Below, piece after piece: positions 44,992 through 55,288 of a stretch of 64,000 nucleotides of DNA. Position 1 is the first letter of the stretch; each line of letters starts with the position of its first letter. The DNA is from a virus. The translations under genes and the position numbers were made by a program. Under the pieces are notes generated by a model. The model was not told where the DNA came from and did no database searches. It saw only the letters and a program-made list of their open reading frames with translations. Location: positions 110,249-174,248 of IMG/VR virus record IMGVR_UViG_3300032163_000001; one strand, written 5' to 3'.

Positions 44992-46446
44992 TTAGTCACC
45001 AATCTCTAGAGCACAGATTCCAAGCACACGAACTAGAGCTGTAGCATATCGGGAAAGAATCGTTAAGCTGGGAGTTGCTCCTAGTGGCCATGGATGTAAC
45101 ACTGCTGGAACGTATGGGCTGTAGAAGTAAACGCTCTTAAGTTCATCTGGACTCTTAAGAACTACAACCATAGTACCTTGTGTAACTACTGCAGATGTTA
45201 ACACTTTCCATTTTCCACCAGCTAACGTAGCTGCTCTGTATCCAAGTTCTCCATCAAGAACTGAAGTTCCAGTATAAACAAATGAGTTAATATCTTCAAG
45301 AATAGCAGCATCCAATGGGTTAACAGCAATTGTATTTCCACCTTCAATATTAGTATCAGTATAGATTCTGGCAGAAAGACCATTTAGTACAGGAATAATG
45401 TTTTCATGCCAGTATTTTGGTCCCCAGAGATATCCACCTGGAGGCGTTCTATCGAAACCAGAAATATGGTTACTTGGATTCAATCTGGTGTTAGCAGTAA
45501 TCAATGAATTTATGATCTCTCTATCAATATCAAGAGCAATTTGTAGACCAAGTAGATTAACAATTTCTGCCTGAACAGAGACATCAAATAATGCTCTCAT
45601 GTCCTGTTCCATGTTGATTGACCAGTTAGCAGAAATCTGTCGATCTTTTGCATAAAGACGAATCTTATCTACAGTTAAAGTGATTTTTGGATTAACTTTA
45701 TTTTCCTCAAGAGAACAAGTCACCTGGTAACGAACAGAAGTAATATCACTACTTGCACTAGAAATAGAAACTGTTCCATTTAGATAATCAACTTTTCCAG
45801 AAATAACGTCATCTGGAAATGAAAGGCTAAATCTAACACTCTGAGAAAAATGACCTTCAACTGCTGGAATTATAGAAACATTAACAAAATGAGTTCCATC
45901 ATGACTTATACCTGTGATTTCGAAATCTCTTTCAAGATGAGCATCAGCTGAGGTAATTCCAGCTACTCCAAGAATATCATAGTTAATACTAGGAACATCC
46001 ACATGCGCAGTAAAAGGAATTCCAATAGAAGGACCACCAGAAATATCTGTATCAGTAACTGGTGCTGCAGCTGCTGTTCCACCGTAAGGAGTAAAAGTAG
46101 CTCTAATAAAAGCTTTCACGCATTCTGGTTTATCCATTGGAGAAACCGTAACTAATTCTTTAGCAATCAATTTTGGATAGAAAACTCGAAGAATAGGCAA
46201 GGTCAAAGTTTCGTAAGGGTTAATCTGGAACATAGAGTTTTCAAGTAAGCTAATTCTAGTGTTCTCAGCTAACAGTTTAAAAACTTCCTGATCTTGTTTA
46301 TTCGTAATTGATTCGGCTAAAGAAGTAACGTATGCGGAAAATGCCGCATCATCAACCAAAACCGCTTTTAAATTACCGGGTTTGGAAGGATCGATCCCTG
46401 ACAACTTCTTAGTTGTTTTGTAAGCTTCCATTAAAATATGCTTCAT
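44992..46446 (-). CDS. Major capsid protein (T4 gp23-like)
   Basis: TLPILRVFYPKLIAKELVTVSPMDKPECVKAFIRATF resembles T4 gp23 AVMGMVRRAIPNLIAFDICGVQPMNSPTGQVFALRAVY. LGLQIALDIDREIINSL resembles LATEIMLEINREVVDWI. YFYSPYVPAV resembles IYYAPYVAL. 484 aa. Confidence 0.75.
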   Translation of the reverse strand: MKHILMEAYKTTKKLSGIDPSKPGNLKAVLVDDAAFSAYVTSLAESITNKQDQEVFKLLAENTRISLLENSMFQINPYETLTLPILRVFYPKLIAKELVTVSPMDKPECVKAFIRATFTPYGGTAAAAPVTDTDISGGPSIGIPFTAHVDVPSINYDILGVAGITSADAHLERDFEITGISHDGTHFVNVSIIPAVEGHFSQSVRFSLSFPDDVISGKVDYLNGTVSISSASSDITSVRYQVTCSLEENKVNPKITLTVDKIRLYAKDRQISANWSINMEQDMRALFDVSVQAEIVNLLGLQIALDIDREIINSLITANTRLNPSNHISGFDRTPPGGYLWGPKYWHENIIPVLNGLSARIYTDTNIEGGNTIAVNPLDAAILEDINSFVYTGTSVLDGELGYRAATLAGGKWKVLTSAVVTQGTMVVVLKSPDELKSVYFYSPYVPAVLHPWPLGATPSLTILSRYATALVRVLGICALEIGD

Positions 46447-46463
46447 GTTATACTCCTCCCTCT

Positions 46464-46883
46464 TTAGTAACTTCTACTAATTGTTTTGTTTGAGATTTTT
46501 AAAATATCTTGTAAATATGAAGAAATCTTTTCCTCTGGTAACTTTTCTATAATTCTTAATAAAACAACCACTTCGTTCTTCAAAGATCTATTGTACTCAA
46601 ATTTTACAAAGTCAATATTAGATATCGCATCAAAGATATTCTTTATTTTTTTCTCTTTCTCATATATTCCAGTTAATCTTTCAAGTTCAGATTTTTCTTT
46701 AGATATCTTTTTCTGATTATTTTCAAACTCAAAAACAAGTGTATTCTTCTCTTCAACTCTTTTAGAAACTACCCCATCAAGTAATGGTGTAACTAAAGAA
46801 AGTATTCTATCTGATAGTAAAACTTTCTGTTGATCAATATTACTATCAATAACATCAGGGACAGAAGATTCAACTATTCTCAT
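46464..46883 (-). CDS. Coiled-coil protein, scaffold candidate
   Basis: 139 aa, heptad-rich. Sits between protease and MCP like T4 gp22. Confidence 0.4.
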   Translation of the reverse strand: MRIVESSVPDVIDSNIDQQKVLLSDRILSLVTPLLDGVVSKRVEEKNTLVFEFENNQKKISKEKSELERLTGIYEKEKKIKNIFDAISNIDFVKFEYNRSLKNEVVVLLRIIEKLPEEKISSYLQDILKISNKTISRSY

Positions 46884-47188
46884 ACTTCAACACCTAACTT
46901 AGATAGTAGTTTAGATCGAAGATTCGAATTTTCAGAACTCAAGTAAGAGGCTTTTTTTGATAAAGAGTTCTTTAGGAAAGAAATCTTCTCTAATACCTCA
47001 TTCTGTTTCTTTATCTTTTCTTTGATCTTTAAAATCTCTGTTTCTTCTATTTTAACTTTTTCATTAATTTGTAATCTTTTGTCTAACTTCGATATAGAAA
47101 AAACAGCATCTACAATACTTGAGATCAGTTCCTTCTTCTTTTGTATATGTTCTAGACCTGAAAACGATTCAGAGTTTACAATCTTCAT
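46880..47188 (-). CDS. Coiled-coil protein, scaffold candidate
   Basis: 102 aa, heptad-rich. Confidence 0.4.
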   Translation of the reverse strand: MKIVNSESFSGLEHIQKKKELISSIVDAVFSISKLDKRLQINEKVKIEETEILKIKEKIKKQNEVLEKISFLKNSLSKKASYLSSENSNLRSKLLSKLGVEV

Positions 47189-47279
47189 ACTTCCCTCAGT
47201 CAGTTTCTAATCAAAAAATTTTATTATTTAGAATGATTCTTATATAATCTAGTTCGTTTCTTTATGCTATTCCTCTCTT

Positions 47280-47939
47280 TTAGATCCACTTTTTACAAAA
47301 TCTGATTATCTTTTTTTCTACTAGTTTATCGAAATAGTTAGGTAAGAAGCAAACACCATATATACAAACCAAATCTTTAGTCTCTCTTAATATAGATGAT
47401 TCAAACCTCATCTCGCTAAAATTTACTATTGCAGAAGAGTGACTTGGTAAAGAAACTGCATCATAACAAATAATAGTTAACGGAGATTTTACTATAGAAG
47501 CATCTGCCCGTTTTTCTAACTCAGCCATCCCTCTCATACTAATCCCTACTCCCGTTTTATCATGTAACAAACCTAACAAAGTTCTTCCATTTTCAGTACG
47601 TAAAGTTTCAAGTTCTCCAATAACTTTATTTCCATCTAGTTCATATTCTCGGACTATATGAGATGCTTCTTTTAAAGCTACAGTAGTTTGTCTTACTCCA
47701 TCGTATTCATCATTTCCCATTGGAAATGGATGATCTAATTCTCCATAAAAAGATCTTCTTTCCATTCTTGGTCTACACTCTTTCAGTGCTTCCATAACAA
47801 CACTACTGGGGTATATTCTCTTATTTTGATTCTTTTCGTCTACTGTCTGAAGTATCATTCTAAAAAAAGCTTTATTAGGGCTAGATTTAATTACTTCTGC
47901 TTCTTGGAAAATAGCTTGCTCAATTATAAAATTAGCCAT
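47280..47939 (-). CDS. Prohead core protease (T4 gp21-like)
   Basis: NQNKRIYPSSVVMEALKE...FYGELDHPFPMGND resembles T4 gp21 NRNKRLYPKRILEKAVKD...ALGELNHPPRANVD. GISMRGMAEL resembles GVSSRGLGSL. Confidence 0.7.
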   Translation of the reverse strand: MANFIIEQAIFQEAEVIKSSPNKAFFRMILQTVDEKNQNKRIYPSSVVMEALKECRPRMERRSFYGELDHPFPMGNDEYDGVRQTTVALKEASHIVREYELDGNKVIGELETLRTENGRTLLGLLHDKTGVGISMRGMAELEKRADASIVKSPLTIICYDAVSLPSHSSAIVNFSEMRFESSILRETKDLVCIYGVCFLPNYFDKLVEKKIIRFCKKWI

Positions 47940-48840
47940 TTTGAATACTACCTCCAGTTTCCTTTTCCTCTTTAGGTCTGTAATAGAACTTTAGAATCTC
48001 GTAAACTCTTTCAATAAATTCGTAAAATAGTACTATAATATCATTTATCTTCTCTTTAAAAGAAGGTAAATTATCAATTACAACTCTAAATAATTCTATC
48101 GATTTTGAAACATAATCTCTCAAAACTAGAACTTTTTCATCAGTTGCAGTTGATAAATAATTTTCTAAAGCTAGTAATCTAGAAAAGATCTTTTTTAATT
48201 CAAACACTTTTCCAGGATCAGAAAACTGTTCTTGCGAAGTCATATCCATTTCTGAAGGATCTGGATCTCCTGGTGTATTCATATCAGCTTCAGGAGCAGG
48301 GGGAGTTCCACCAAAAGAACCAGGAGGAGCATCTGGATCTTCTTGTTCTACGATCTTTATTCCATAAACTTCAATTCCACCAGCTAAAGAATGTGGTAGT
48401 TCTCTTTCATACTCTTCGTCTGCTTCTGGACTTACATCTCTATAAACAGAAGGAGAAGGAAAAGCTGGAATTTCTTGTACATATTCATCACCTTCACCAT
48501 CTCCTATCCTTCTATCTAAATCATCCATAGCCTTTTTGGAACAACCAGGACACATACCATCACTTACTCCACCTTCAGCACCTTCACTATCTTTAGTACC
48601 CATATCCGCGCCACACCATCCACACTTGACTTTGATTTCAGCTTCACTCTGAACTAACTCTTTATCTTCATCAGTATCTACAATCTTAGGTATAGCATTT
48701 TGGGCATCCTTTGGTAAGGGAGGAGCATCTTTATACGTAGTCATTGGTCTTTCATCTTGAACATAAGGAACATCATCTACTACTGCATCTAATTCTAGTA
48801 AAATCTTAAATACTTTATCTAACATTACTTCTGTTATCAT
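47932..48840 (-). CDS. Acidic protein with Zn-ribbon (CGWCG...CPGC); prohead core/internal protein candidate
   Basis: 302 aa, Asp/Glu/Pro-rich. Lies between portal and protease. Confidence 0.4.
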   Translation of the reverse strand: MITEVMLDKVFKILLELDAVVDDVPYVQDERPMTTYKDAPPLPKDAQNAIPKIVDTDEDKELVQSEAEIKVKCGWCGADMGTKDSEGAEGGVSDGMCPGCSKKAMDDLDRRIGDGEGDEYVQEIPAFPSPSVYRDVSPEADEEYERELPHSLAGGIEVYGIKIVEQEDPDAPPGSFGGTPPAPEADMNTPGDPDPSEMDMTSQEQFSDPGKVFELKKIFSRLLALENYLSTATDEKVLVLRDYVSKSIELFRVVIDNLPSFKEKINDIIVLFYEFIERVYEILKFYYRPKEEKETGGSIQNG

Positions 48841-48856
48841 AGGATTTCTCCCAAAT

Positions 48857-49615
48857 CTAAAAACTTTTTATTTTATTATATAGTGCACCTTTATCATTTA
48901 ACTCATTTTCCCAAATAATTAAACAATCAAATCCATATTTTCTAAAGTGATCAATTCTATCTTGTTCATGTTCTTTATTAGTAAAAAAATCTTTATATTT
49001 TTTTCTTCTACGTTCTTCTCCATGAAAATAATCTCCAAAAAATTCTATTATTTGCTTCTTTCCATTGATATTGATCCAATCTGGATTTCTACCTCCAATC
49101 CAAACTTGAAAGTCTCCAACATATTTGAATTCATCTGGTTTAATAGTTCGAATCATATTATCAACTAAAAGTTCAGTGTCGTTTGGTTTTCTTTCACATG
49201 CCTTAAAAACTTTTCGGAAAAGATCTTCTTTTTCTTCATCTGTTTTATTTTTCCAAGAATCTTTTTGTGCTTTTGAATTTCTAGTTCTTTCTTCTGGTCT
49301 ATTCATTGCTTCTTTAAGATTCTTTCTCTTTTCTGGATCTTGCCAAGCTTCTTTCATTATTCCTGACATTTCTATTCTCTTTTCTGGATCTTGCCAAGCT
49401 TCTTTTAGTGACTTTAATTTTCTCTCTTTTACTTCAAGTCTGTTTAATGCATCTACTCTATTTTTTCTCTTTACTAGATTTTTCCAAGTTACTTTTATTA
49501 CTTCTGAATGCTTCTTTCTATTAACTGGACAAGAATTATGATGTTTACTACAGCACCATTTACCATTCTTGAACTGGTATTTCGATTCTTGTCCACATCC
49601 ATATTCACAAATCAT
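48857..49615 (-). CDS. Homing-endonuclease-like protein: N-terminal C-x-YGCG zinc-finger module + C-terminal Vsr/PD-(D/E)XK-like tail
   Basis: MICEYGCGQESKYQFKNGKWCCSKHHNSCPVNRKK parallels the 39540 gene. C-terminal IDHFRKYGFDCLIIWENEL. Confidence 0.55.
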   Translation of the reverse strand: MICEYGCGQESKYQFKNGKWCCSKHHNSCPVNRKKHSEVIKVTWKNLVKRKNRVDALNRLEVKERKLKSLKEAWQDPEKRIEMSGIMKEAWQDPEKRKNLKEAMNRPEERTRNSKAQKDSWKNKTDEEKEDLFRKVFKACERKPNDTELLVDNMIRTIKPDEFKYVGDFQVWIGGRNPDWININGKKQIIEFFGDYFHGEERRRKKYKDFFTNKEHEQDRIDHFRKYGFDCLIIWENELNDKGALYNKIKSF

Positions 49616-49617
49616 TT

Positions 49618-51591
49618 CTAAAACCCGCCTGTAGTTGGTCCTTCAATCCCACCTAATCCGCCAAGACCACCAAGACCACCCATACCTCCCATTCCTGTTG
49701 TTGAGTTCTCTTCTTCTTCACTTCGAGATTTTAAGTTTCTATCAATTTTCTCAGCAGTTTTAAAGTTATCTATTTCTACCCAGTCAATACCACTTAAATA
49801 TTTCTTCTTCGACCATGCTTGCGGAACTCCAAGTTCTGCTAAAGATTTAATTAGCTCAGATACATCTCTAATATATTTAGATTCTCTCTCAAATTGAAGA
49901 GATTTCGGAGGAAGAAATGCAACTATAATATCTGATGTCTCTAGTGCTTCTTCTGGATCAATTATCGAAACACACTTCCTTACTAAATCAGTTATCTGAC
50001 TAGACATATATTTTTGGTGGTGAATTACAGTTCTAGCAAAAAGAACATTCTCTTCTGATAGAGTACTTTTATTTGATAAGTTTTCCTCCAAGCCAATAAA
50101 TGCAGGGGGAACACCTAAAGAAGCAACTATAGAATCTCTAATAAATTTAAGTTCTTCAACTTTGCTTCTAGTCTCAACATTTCCTTCATTGAATGTAGAA
50201 ATATCCACGAATGGTTTTCCATCTTTTTGAGGAATATAAACATCTTCAAAAGTTGAAATCATCGAAGGAATAGTATCTATTGTTCCAAAAGAATCTAGAC
50301 TAATTTTTCTCTTTTTCATTTCTTCTCGAAGTTTTTCAATCTGTTTCTTAGCATCTCGAGGTAAACCAATTTCAATACTAATCTTTCTTTTTTCTGTAGA
50401 TCTATTTAATCTATGTATAACTAAAGCAGTTTCCATAGCTATTAATAGTTTTGCAGAAAACTGACATGTATCAAAAACAGATTCACCATAGGGGTAGTAT
50501 TTAGTAGATGGAACTAAAAAATGTTGCATTCTCTCAGGTGGAATATATCTAATATCAACTTGAGTATAGTTAGTTCCAGCTTTCGAAATCATCGCGTGAA
50601 GTAGTAATCTAATTTCATCTGCAGATCCTGGAATATTTTTAGCTTCAGGAATTTTCTTTTCAATCTTCTGTAAAATAGAAGAACATAATTGATTAACTAA
50701 TTGATCTTGTATCATAACTTGAGGAACAAATGTCATTAGTGGAAAAACTAAATATCCAAAACAAATAGGAAACGCCTCACTTTGAAGTTTTACTACTTGC
50801 CTTGGTTCATAAAATAAAAGCTTTAAGTCAGATAGTTTCTCACCTTTTGATTTTTCTTTTTTATCTTTATCCTCAGTGTTTAATTGTTGAGATTTATTTC
50901 TAGATTCGTTTAATAATGAAAAATCTAAATTTATTTTAAAATTAATGTCATTTACTTCTTGTTCAATTTTCTCAATATTTTCTTCTTTATCATCTCTATT
51001 AGTTAAAATTGCTTCTGTAAATGACTTATCTTCAGTAACAATAGATTTGCTAAGTAAAGCTGTTTTAGAATCCGCTATTTCACTAAAGAAATCTCCAAAC
51101 TTTAGAGTATTCTTAACAACCATTGTCAAATGTTTTTCAAGGTCTAATTTATCTATTACTTCTCTAACGCTTTGAACCTTTTTAGTATCGTTTTCTAGGA
51201 AAGTTTTAGCTTTAACTTCAAGAGCAACTTTTGTTATATCGTCAGGTGATATTATATTATCTACAATAACATTAAGAGCTCTATAACAATAGTTAATATG
51301 TGTTACTATAGCCTCATAAGTTTTATACCTCATGACTCTTATATTTTGTCCAAAAGCAGCAGGAGATACTCCAGTTTGTCCAAAACCCATTAGATTTTGG
51401 TTACTCAAATTACTACCAACAGTTGTTTGAGAAATTAACGTCTTTACTAAATCTATATATGAATTTCTACTAGTTTGAGTTCTAAACAAAGAAATCTCTT
51501 TAGAAGCCAGATCTAGTTTAACATCAATCTCAGAAGTCTTCGCGCCTGTGATCGCAGTTTTAAGTTGATTATATTTATCTTTAAGGCTCAT
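49618..51591 (-). CDS. Portal protein (T4 gp20-like)
   Basis: HRLNRSTEKRKISIEIGLPRDAKKQIEKLREEMKKR resembles T4 gp20 [37 protein letters not shown]. 657 aa. Position in head module. Confidence 0.6.
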   Translation of the reverse strand: MSLKDKYNQLKTAITGAKTSEIDVKLDLASKEISLFRTQTSRNSYIDLVKTLISQTTVGSNLSNQNLMGFGQTGVSPAAFGQNIRVMRYKTYEAIVTHINYCYRALNVIVDNIISPDDITKVALEVKAKTFLENDTKKVQSVREVIDKLDLEKHLTMVVKNTLKFGDFFSEIADSKTALLSKSIVTEDKSFTEAILTNRDDKEENIEKIEQEVNDINFKINLDFSLLNESRNKSQQLNTEDKDKKEKSKGEKLSDLKLLFYEPRQVVKLQSEAFPICFGYLVFPLMTFVPQVMIQDQLVNQLCSSILQKIEKKIPEAKNIPGSADEIRLLLHAMISKAGTNYTQVDIRYIPPERMQHFLVPSTKYYPYGESVFDTCQFSAKLLIAMETALVIHRLNRSTEKRKISIEIGLPRDAKKQIEKLREEMKKRKISLDSFGTIDTIPSMISTFEDVYIPQKDGKPFVDISTFNEGNVETRSKVEELKFIRDSIVASLGVPPAFIGLEENLSNKSTLSEENVLFARTVIHHQKYMSSQITDLVRKCVSIIDPEEALETSDIIVAFLPPKSLQFERESKYIRDVSELIKSLAELGVPQAWSKKKYLSGIDWVEIDNFKTAEKIDRNLKSRSEEEENSTTGMGGMGGLGGLGGLGGIEGPTTGGF

Positions 51592-52046
51592 TATCTAGTT
51601 TCTCCTATTGAAGGTTCAATCTCAATTTCTTTTCCCATTAGATTCTCTGTCGCAGTTTCTTTAATTTTATCATTCTCATAGTATCCACTAAAAAGTTCTA
51701 AAATATTAAACATCAACGTCTTATCATCACCAAAGAAATTTGAGAGTTCTTTCACAAGAGATGGACCAAGAAGTTTTAAAACAAGACTACAAAATTCTTT
51801 TGATACCGCTTTGTACTCTATTTCATTAATAGACATTGCTTCTATAGAATATATCATTATTCTATCTTTGTAAATCATATCGTAAGCTTTTTTAGAAAAG
51901 TATTCTAAAGTAGCTAAATAAGAATCAGACTTTTCAATAGAAAAAGTTCGACTCTTTTTTTCCATTTCTCGAGCTTTAAAAAAGATATAAGATACTGTTC
52001 CAGTTATAATACACAATGACATTACTAAATATAAAAAATCAACCAT
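51591..52046 (-). CDS. Membrane-anchored hypothetical protein (N-terminal TM)
   Basis: 151 aa. ATG overlaps portal stop. Confidence 0.4.
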   Translation of the reverse strand: MVDFLYLVMSLCIITGTVSYIFFKAREMEKKSRTFSIEKSDSYLATLEYFSKKAYDMIYKDRIMIYSIEAMSINEIEYKAVSKEFCSLVLKLLGPSLVKELSNFFGDDKTLMFNILELFSGYYENDKIKETATENLMGKEIEIEPSIGETR

Positions 52047-52059
52047 TTCTTTCTCCTTC

Positions 52060-52311
52060 TCATTGATCAGTTATAATATCTTGAATTTCTTCTTTCTTGA
52101 TTCCACTTTGTTGAAGATCTTCTGTTACTTTAATTCCATTCACTTTTGATGGTCTCAAAACTAAACTACATGAACTAGTCTCTAGTATAACTATATTGCC
52201 AGAAACAAACAAAGAAGAAAGGGATTTTGAATATTCTAACATAGTACTTTCATCTTCGTCAAATAGTTCCTCTGACGGTGAAGAATCAAATATAATCTTA
52301 ATTTTCTTCAT
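52060..52311 (-). CDS. Hypothetical small acidic protein
   Basis: 83 aa. Confidence 0.35.
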   Translation of the reverse strand: MKKIKIIFDSSPSEELFDEDESTMLEYSKSLSSLFVSGNIVILETSSCSLVLRPSKVNGIKVTEDLQQSGIKKEEIQDIITDQ

Positions 52312-52467
52312 AATATCGTTCCTTAACCCATTTTTTCAGAATTCTATATTTGGTTTTTGTTCACAAAAGAAACGAAAATCTTATCACAGAGATAACGATA
52401 AAAAAGAGGGATCTCCTTTTTATAGAAAGATCCCTCTTGTTTAAAACTATATTTTTATTACTTATTC

Positions 52468-53505
52468 TTAGACAACTTCATCTTCTTCAAAGAAGAAGTT
52501 TAAAGCTTCTTTACATTCTTCTATACCACATCTATCTTTATCTAATTTATCTTCTGGCATAGACTTTGGAGTACCAGGAGGAGTATCCTCTTTTATTTCT
52601 TTATCTACATCAATTTCTTCTTCTGGACCCTCTTCTTCTCCCTCTGGTTCTTCCTCTGGTTCTTCCTCATCTGCTTCCCCTAGTTTTTTTTGGGCAATAT
52701 GACCTGCTGCTCCTCCAGCCACTGCTCCAGGTAGTCCTCCAGCCATTGCTCCAAGAGCTGCACCTCCAACCGCCCCGGCGATGCCTTCTTTTATCACTTC
52801 TTCATCTTCAAGTTCAGCTATTAATTTCTCGATAATAGCTTTTTCTGCATCATCTTCAGATGGTGCTCCTTTAGGTTTGGCTTCGGTTCCGCCTTCGTCT
52901 TCTTGCTGTCCAATAAGATCCTCTGCCTCTTCTACTTCTTTTTCTTCCTCATCTTCTTCTTCAGGTCCTTCTTCTTCAGGTCCTTCTTCCCCTTCTTCGT
53001 CTTTTGCCTCTTTTACTTCTTCTGGTTTTTCTTCCTCTGCTTCTTTATCTTTATCCTCTTCCTCTTTTGAAGGTTCTTCGTCAATCTGTTCTTTAAAAAT
53101 TTTGTATGCTTCTAGAACTTCTTTATCCTCTTCTCCTTCTTCTTCTTTTTCATCTTCTTTCTCTTCATCAGGTTCTGCATCTTCACTAAGTTCATCTTTT
53201 ACTGCTTTAACACCTTCCGGAGGTTTAGCCTCAGTTCCACCTTCATCTTCTTGCCGATCAATAAGTTCTTCATTTTGTTCTCTAAAATAGAACCTCTCTA
53301 AAATAGAAGAAACATTCACGTGAGTTTCAAGTTCTCCTTTTCCCGGATAATCTAAAACTTTTTTAATTGGAGGCGTAGTAATATCAAATTGAGAAGTATC
53401 ATATTCAGAAACCTCTTTAATCGCCTCTTTTAACAAACTTATGTAAGAAACTTTCTTTGTTGTCATTGTATATTTCCTCCTAACATAGAATTCTGAAGTG
53501 TTCAT
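52468..53505 (-). CDS. Extremely acidic Glu/Asp-rich protein with internal repeats (QEDEGGTEAKP x2) and Gly/Ala-rich patch; scaffold/internal-head or DNA-mimic candidate
   Basis: 345 aa with roughly 40% E+D. Head-module position upstream of portal. Confidence 0.45.
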   Translation of the reverse strand: MNTSEFYVRRKYTMTTKKVSYISLLKEAIKEVSEYDTSQFDITTPPIKKVLDYPGKGELETHVNVSSILERFYFREQNEELIDRQEDEGGTEAKPPEGVKAVKDELSEDAEPDEEKEDEKEEEGEEDKEVLEAYKIFKEQIDEEPSKEEEDKDKEAEEEKPEEVKEAKDEEGEEGPEEEGPEEEDEEEKEVEEAEDLIGQQEDEGGTEAKPKGAPSEDDAEKAIIEKLIAELEDEEVIKEGIAGAVGGAALGAMAGGLPGAVAGGAAGHIAQKKLGEADEEEPEEEPEGEEEGPEEEIDVDKEIKEDTPPGTPKSMPEDKLDKDRCGIEECKEALNFFFEEDEVV

Positions 53506-53551
53506 TTGTATTTTGTTCTGATCGTAGGAAAGATCAAAGGTCAGTTTGTTT

Positions 53552-55030
53552 CTAAAAGAGGTTCCTCTGTCCTAACCCACCAAATGACAATGTTGGATCT
53601 GAAGTTGGGTCTGGTTTATTACTATTAGAAACTTTTGAAGCCGTTAGAAATTTAAAACAATTAAAATCTACTGTAAAATCTAAAGCTATATTAGTTTTTC
53701 CAGATCTATTCTTTCCTACTTTCATATGAACTAGATTCTCTTTTTGTTCGTCTAGAGCTAGCAAACCTATAAAATCTGCATGCTCAACTTTCTTAATCGA
53801 TTCAGATATTTGATCTAAGTTTAAGTTTCTAGAATCTTGTATCCTATACGCTGATCTTCCTAGTTGTGTAGCTGTTATAACTGGAATATTATAATGAACA
53901 GCAATAGTCTTTAAATCCAATGTTATCTGACCAAGTTCTATTCTATATAAATCAAATTTATAATCACAACTTAATAAATCTAGATAGTCAACATACAACC
54001 CTTTAATCGAATCTTTCCCATATTCGGATATTGTATCATCTAAAACCATCATGATATCAATACAACTAATTTTTGTTGGAGGAAAATATTTCATAATAAC
54101 ATTACTATCATTTCTATTTAAAAGACCTTTTAAATAAGACTTGATATCCAATCCACTAGAAATATCTCTTATAGCTTGAGCTGGACCTTTATTTGTTAGA
54201 CATTGATAAATTCTTTGCAAAGACTCATCTATTGTATTTTCTAAAGTGATATAAACGTAAGTTTTAAATTTACCTTTTTCTGCGTTTGGGTTTGGATTTA
54301 CTGCTGCGTTTATTATAAAGTTATCTAACAAAGTAGACTTTCCAGATCCAGAACCTCCTCCAAAAACATATAATCTTGACGGTTCAAACCCTCCATTAGT
54401 TAATATTTCAGTATCAAATATTGGAAAACCTGTTGGAGTTGTATTTTTTCTTTCATACTTCTTTCGTATCAATTCTATAACAGATGAATAATCATCTTTA
54501 ACTAAATCTAATGATGAAGAAGCTTCGATAGCTGCAAATCTATTGTTATCCATCATCTTTGTATACAGTTCTTTAATCACTACTTCATAATCCATTACTA
54601 CATCATCAATTGAGTCAAACGAACCATTTTTTATAGTATCAACAAAAGTGTTTAGTTTATCGTAATTTGAAAATAAAGAGAATAATTTCTTTCTAATTCT
54701 TACTTGTTTTACATTATCAAGTAAAACTAACTCATTAATTTCTTCATCTAATTTAGTATGTAAAAAGTCAGAAAACTGTTTATATTTCTCACTATAACAT
54801 AAGCTATCAACTATATTCAAATCTCCTTTATCTTCTAGCTTCATTTCACATATTTTACATAGACAATCTACTTTATTTCTAACTATAACTGGGATACCCA
54901 AAGAATCTTTCTCTTTAAAGAAATTAACAATTTCAAGAATATCCCTAAATAAGACTTTATCTTTTCTTATCTTTTCATGTGCAGAAAAAACTAAAGAAAA
55001 ACAATTATTTAGAAAAAACTCTGTTAGCAC
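53552..55030 (-). CDS. Replicative DNA helicase (DnaB/T4 gp41-like)
   Basis: Walker A GGGSGSGKST, RecA-like C-terminal domain. 492 aa. Confidence 0.65.
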   Translation of the reverse strand: MLTEFFLNNCFSLVFSAHEKIRKDKVLFRDILEIVNFFKEKDSLGIPVIVRNKVDCLCKICEMKLEDKGDLNIVDSLCYSEKYKQFSDFLHTKLDEEINELVLLDNVKQVRIRKKLFSLFSNYDKLNTFVDTIKNGSFDSIDDVVMDYEVVIKELYTKMMDNNRFAAIEASSSLDLVKDDYSSVIELIRKKYERKNTTPTGFPIFDTEILTNGGFEPSRLYVFGGGSGSGKSTLLDNFIINAAVNPNPNAEKGKFKTYVYITLENTIDESLQRIYQCLTNKGPAQAIRDISSGLDIKSYLKGLLNRNDSNVIMKYFPPTKISCIDIMMVLDDTISEYGKDSIKGLYVDYLDLLSCDYKFDLYRIELGQITLDLKTIAVHYNIPVITATQLGRSAYRIQDSRNLNLDQISESIKKVEHADFIGLLALDEQKENLVHMKVGKNRSGKTNIALDFTVDFNCFKFLTASKVSNSNKPDPTSDPTLSFGGLGQRNLF

Positions 55031-55042
55031 AAGAATCTCCTT

Positions 55043-55288
55043 TCATAATTTTACACTAGGACTAAGAGCGACATCTATAGTTTCTGAAGATAATTCACCT
55101 ACCTCTCCTTTTGAAACTATTAGTCCAGGTTTTCCCCACCGGTTTTTTAAAACCTTATCTCCACATAATATCAAATCAGCTTGATAAATTATACTATCTT
55201 TCATCCCCTTATAGTTCTCTATAGCTACCAATCCATGTCTCTCTATTAGTTCTGATCTCTCAATAAAAAGTACAGTTCCCTCTTTCAT
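55043..55288 (-). CDS. Hypothetical small protein
   Basis: 81 aa. Confidence 0.35.
   Translation of the reverse strand: MKEGTVLFIERSELIERHGLVAIENYKGMKDSIIYQADLILCGDKVLKNRWGKPGLIVSKGEVGELSSETIDVALSPSVKL

Noticed and set aside
52566-53290. Plus-strand ORFs 52566-52835 and 52781-53290 (Leu/Pro- and Ser-rich)
   Set aside because: They are the antisense of GAA/GAG-rich codons of the acidic minus-strand gene. They have no RBS and are compositional artefacts.
55043-55288. Second GroES-like co-chaperonin (81 aa)
   Set aside because: Only a vague G..V..E…GDKV resemblance. It lacks the mobile-loop and roof motifs and is kept as hypothetical.
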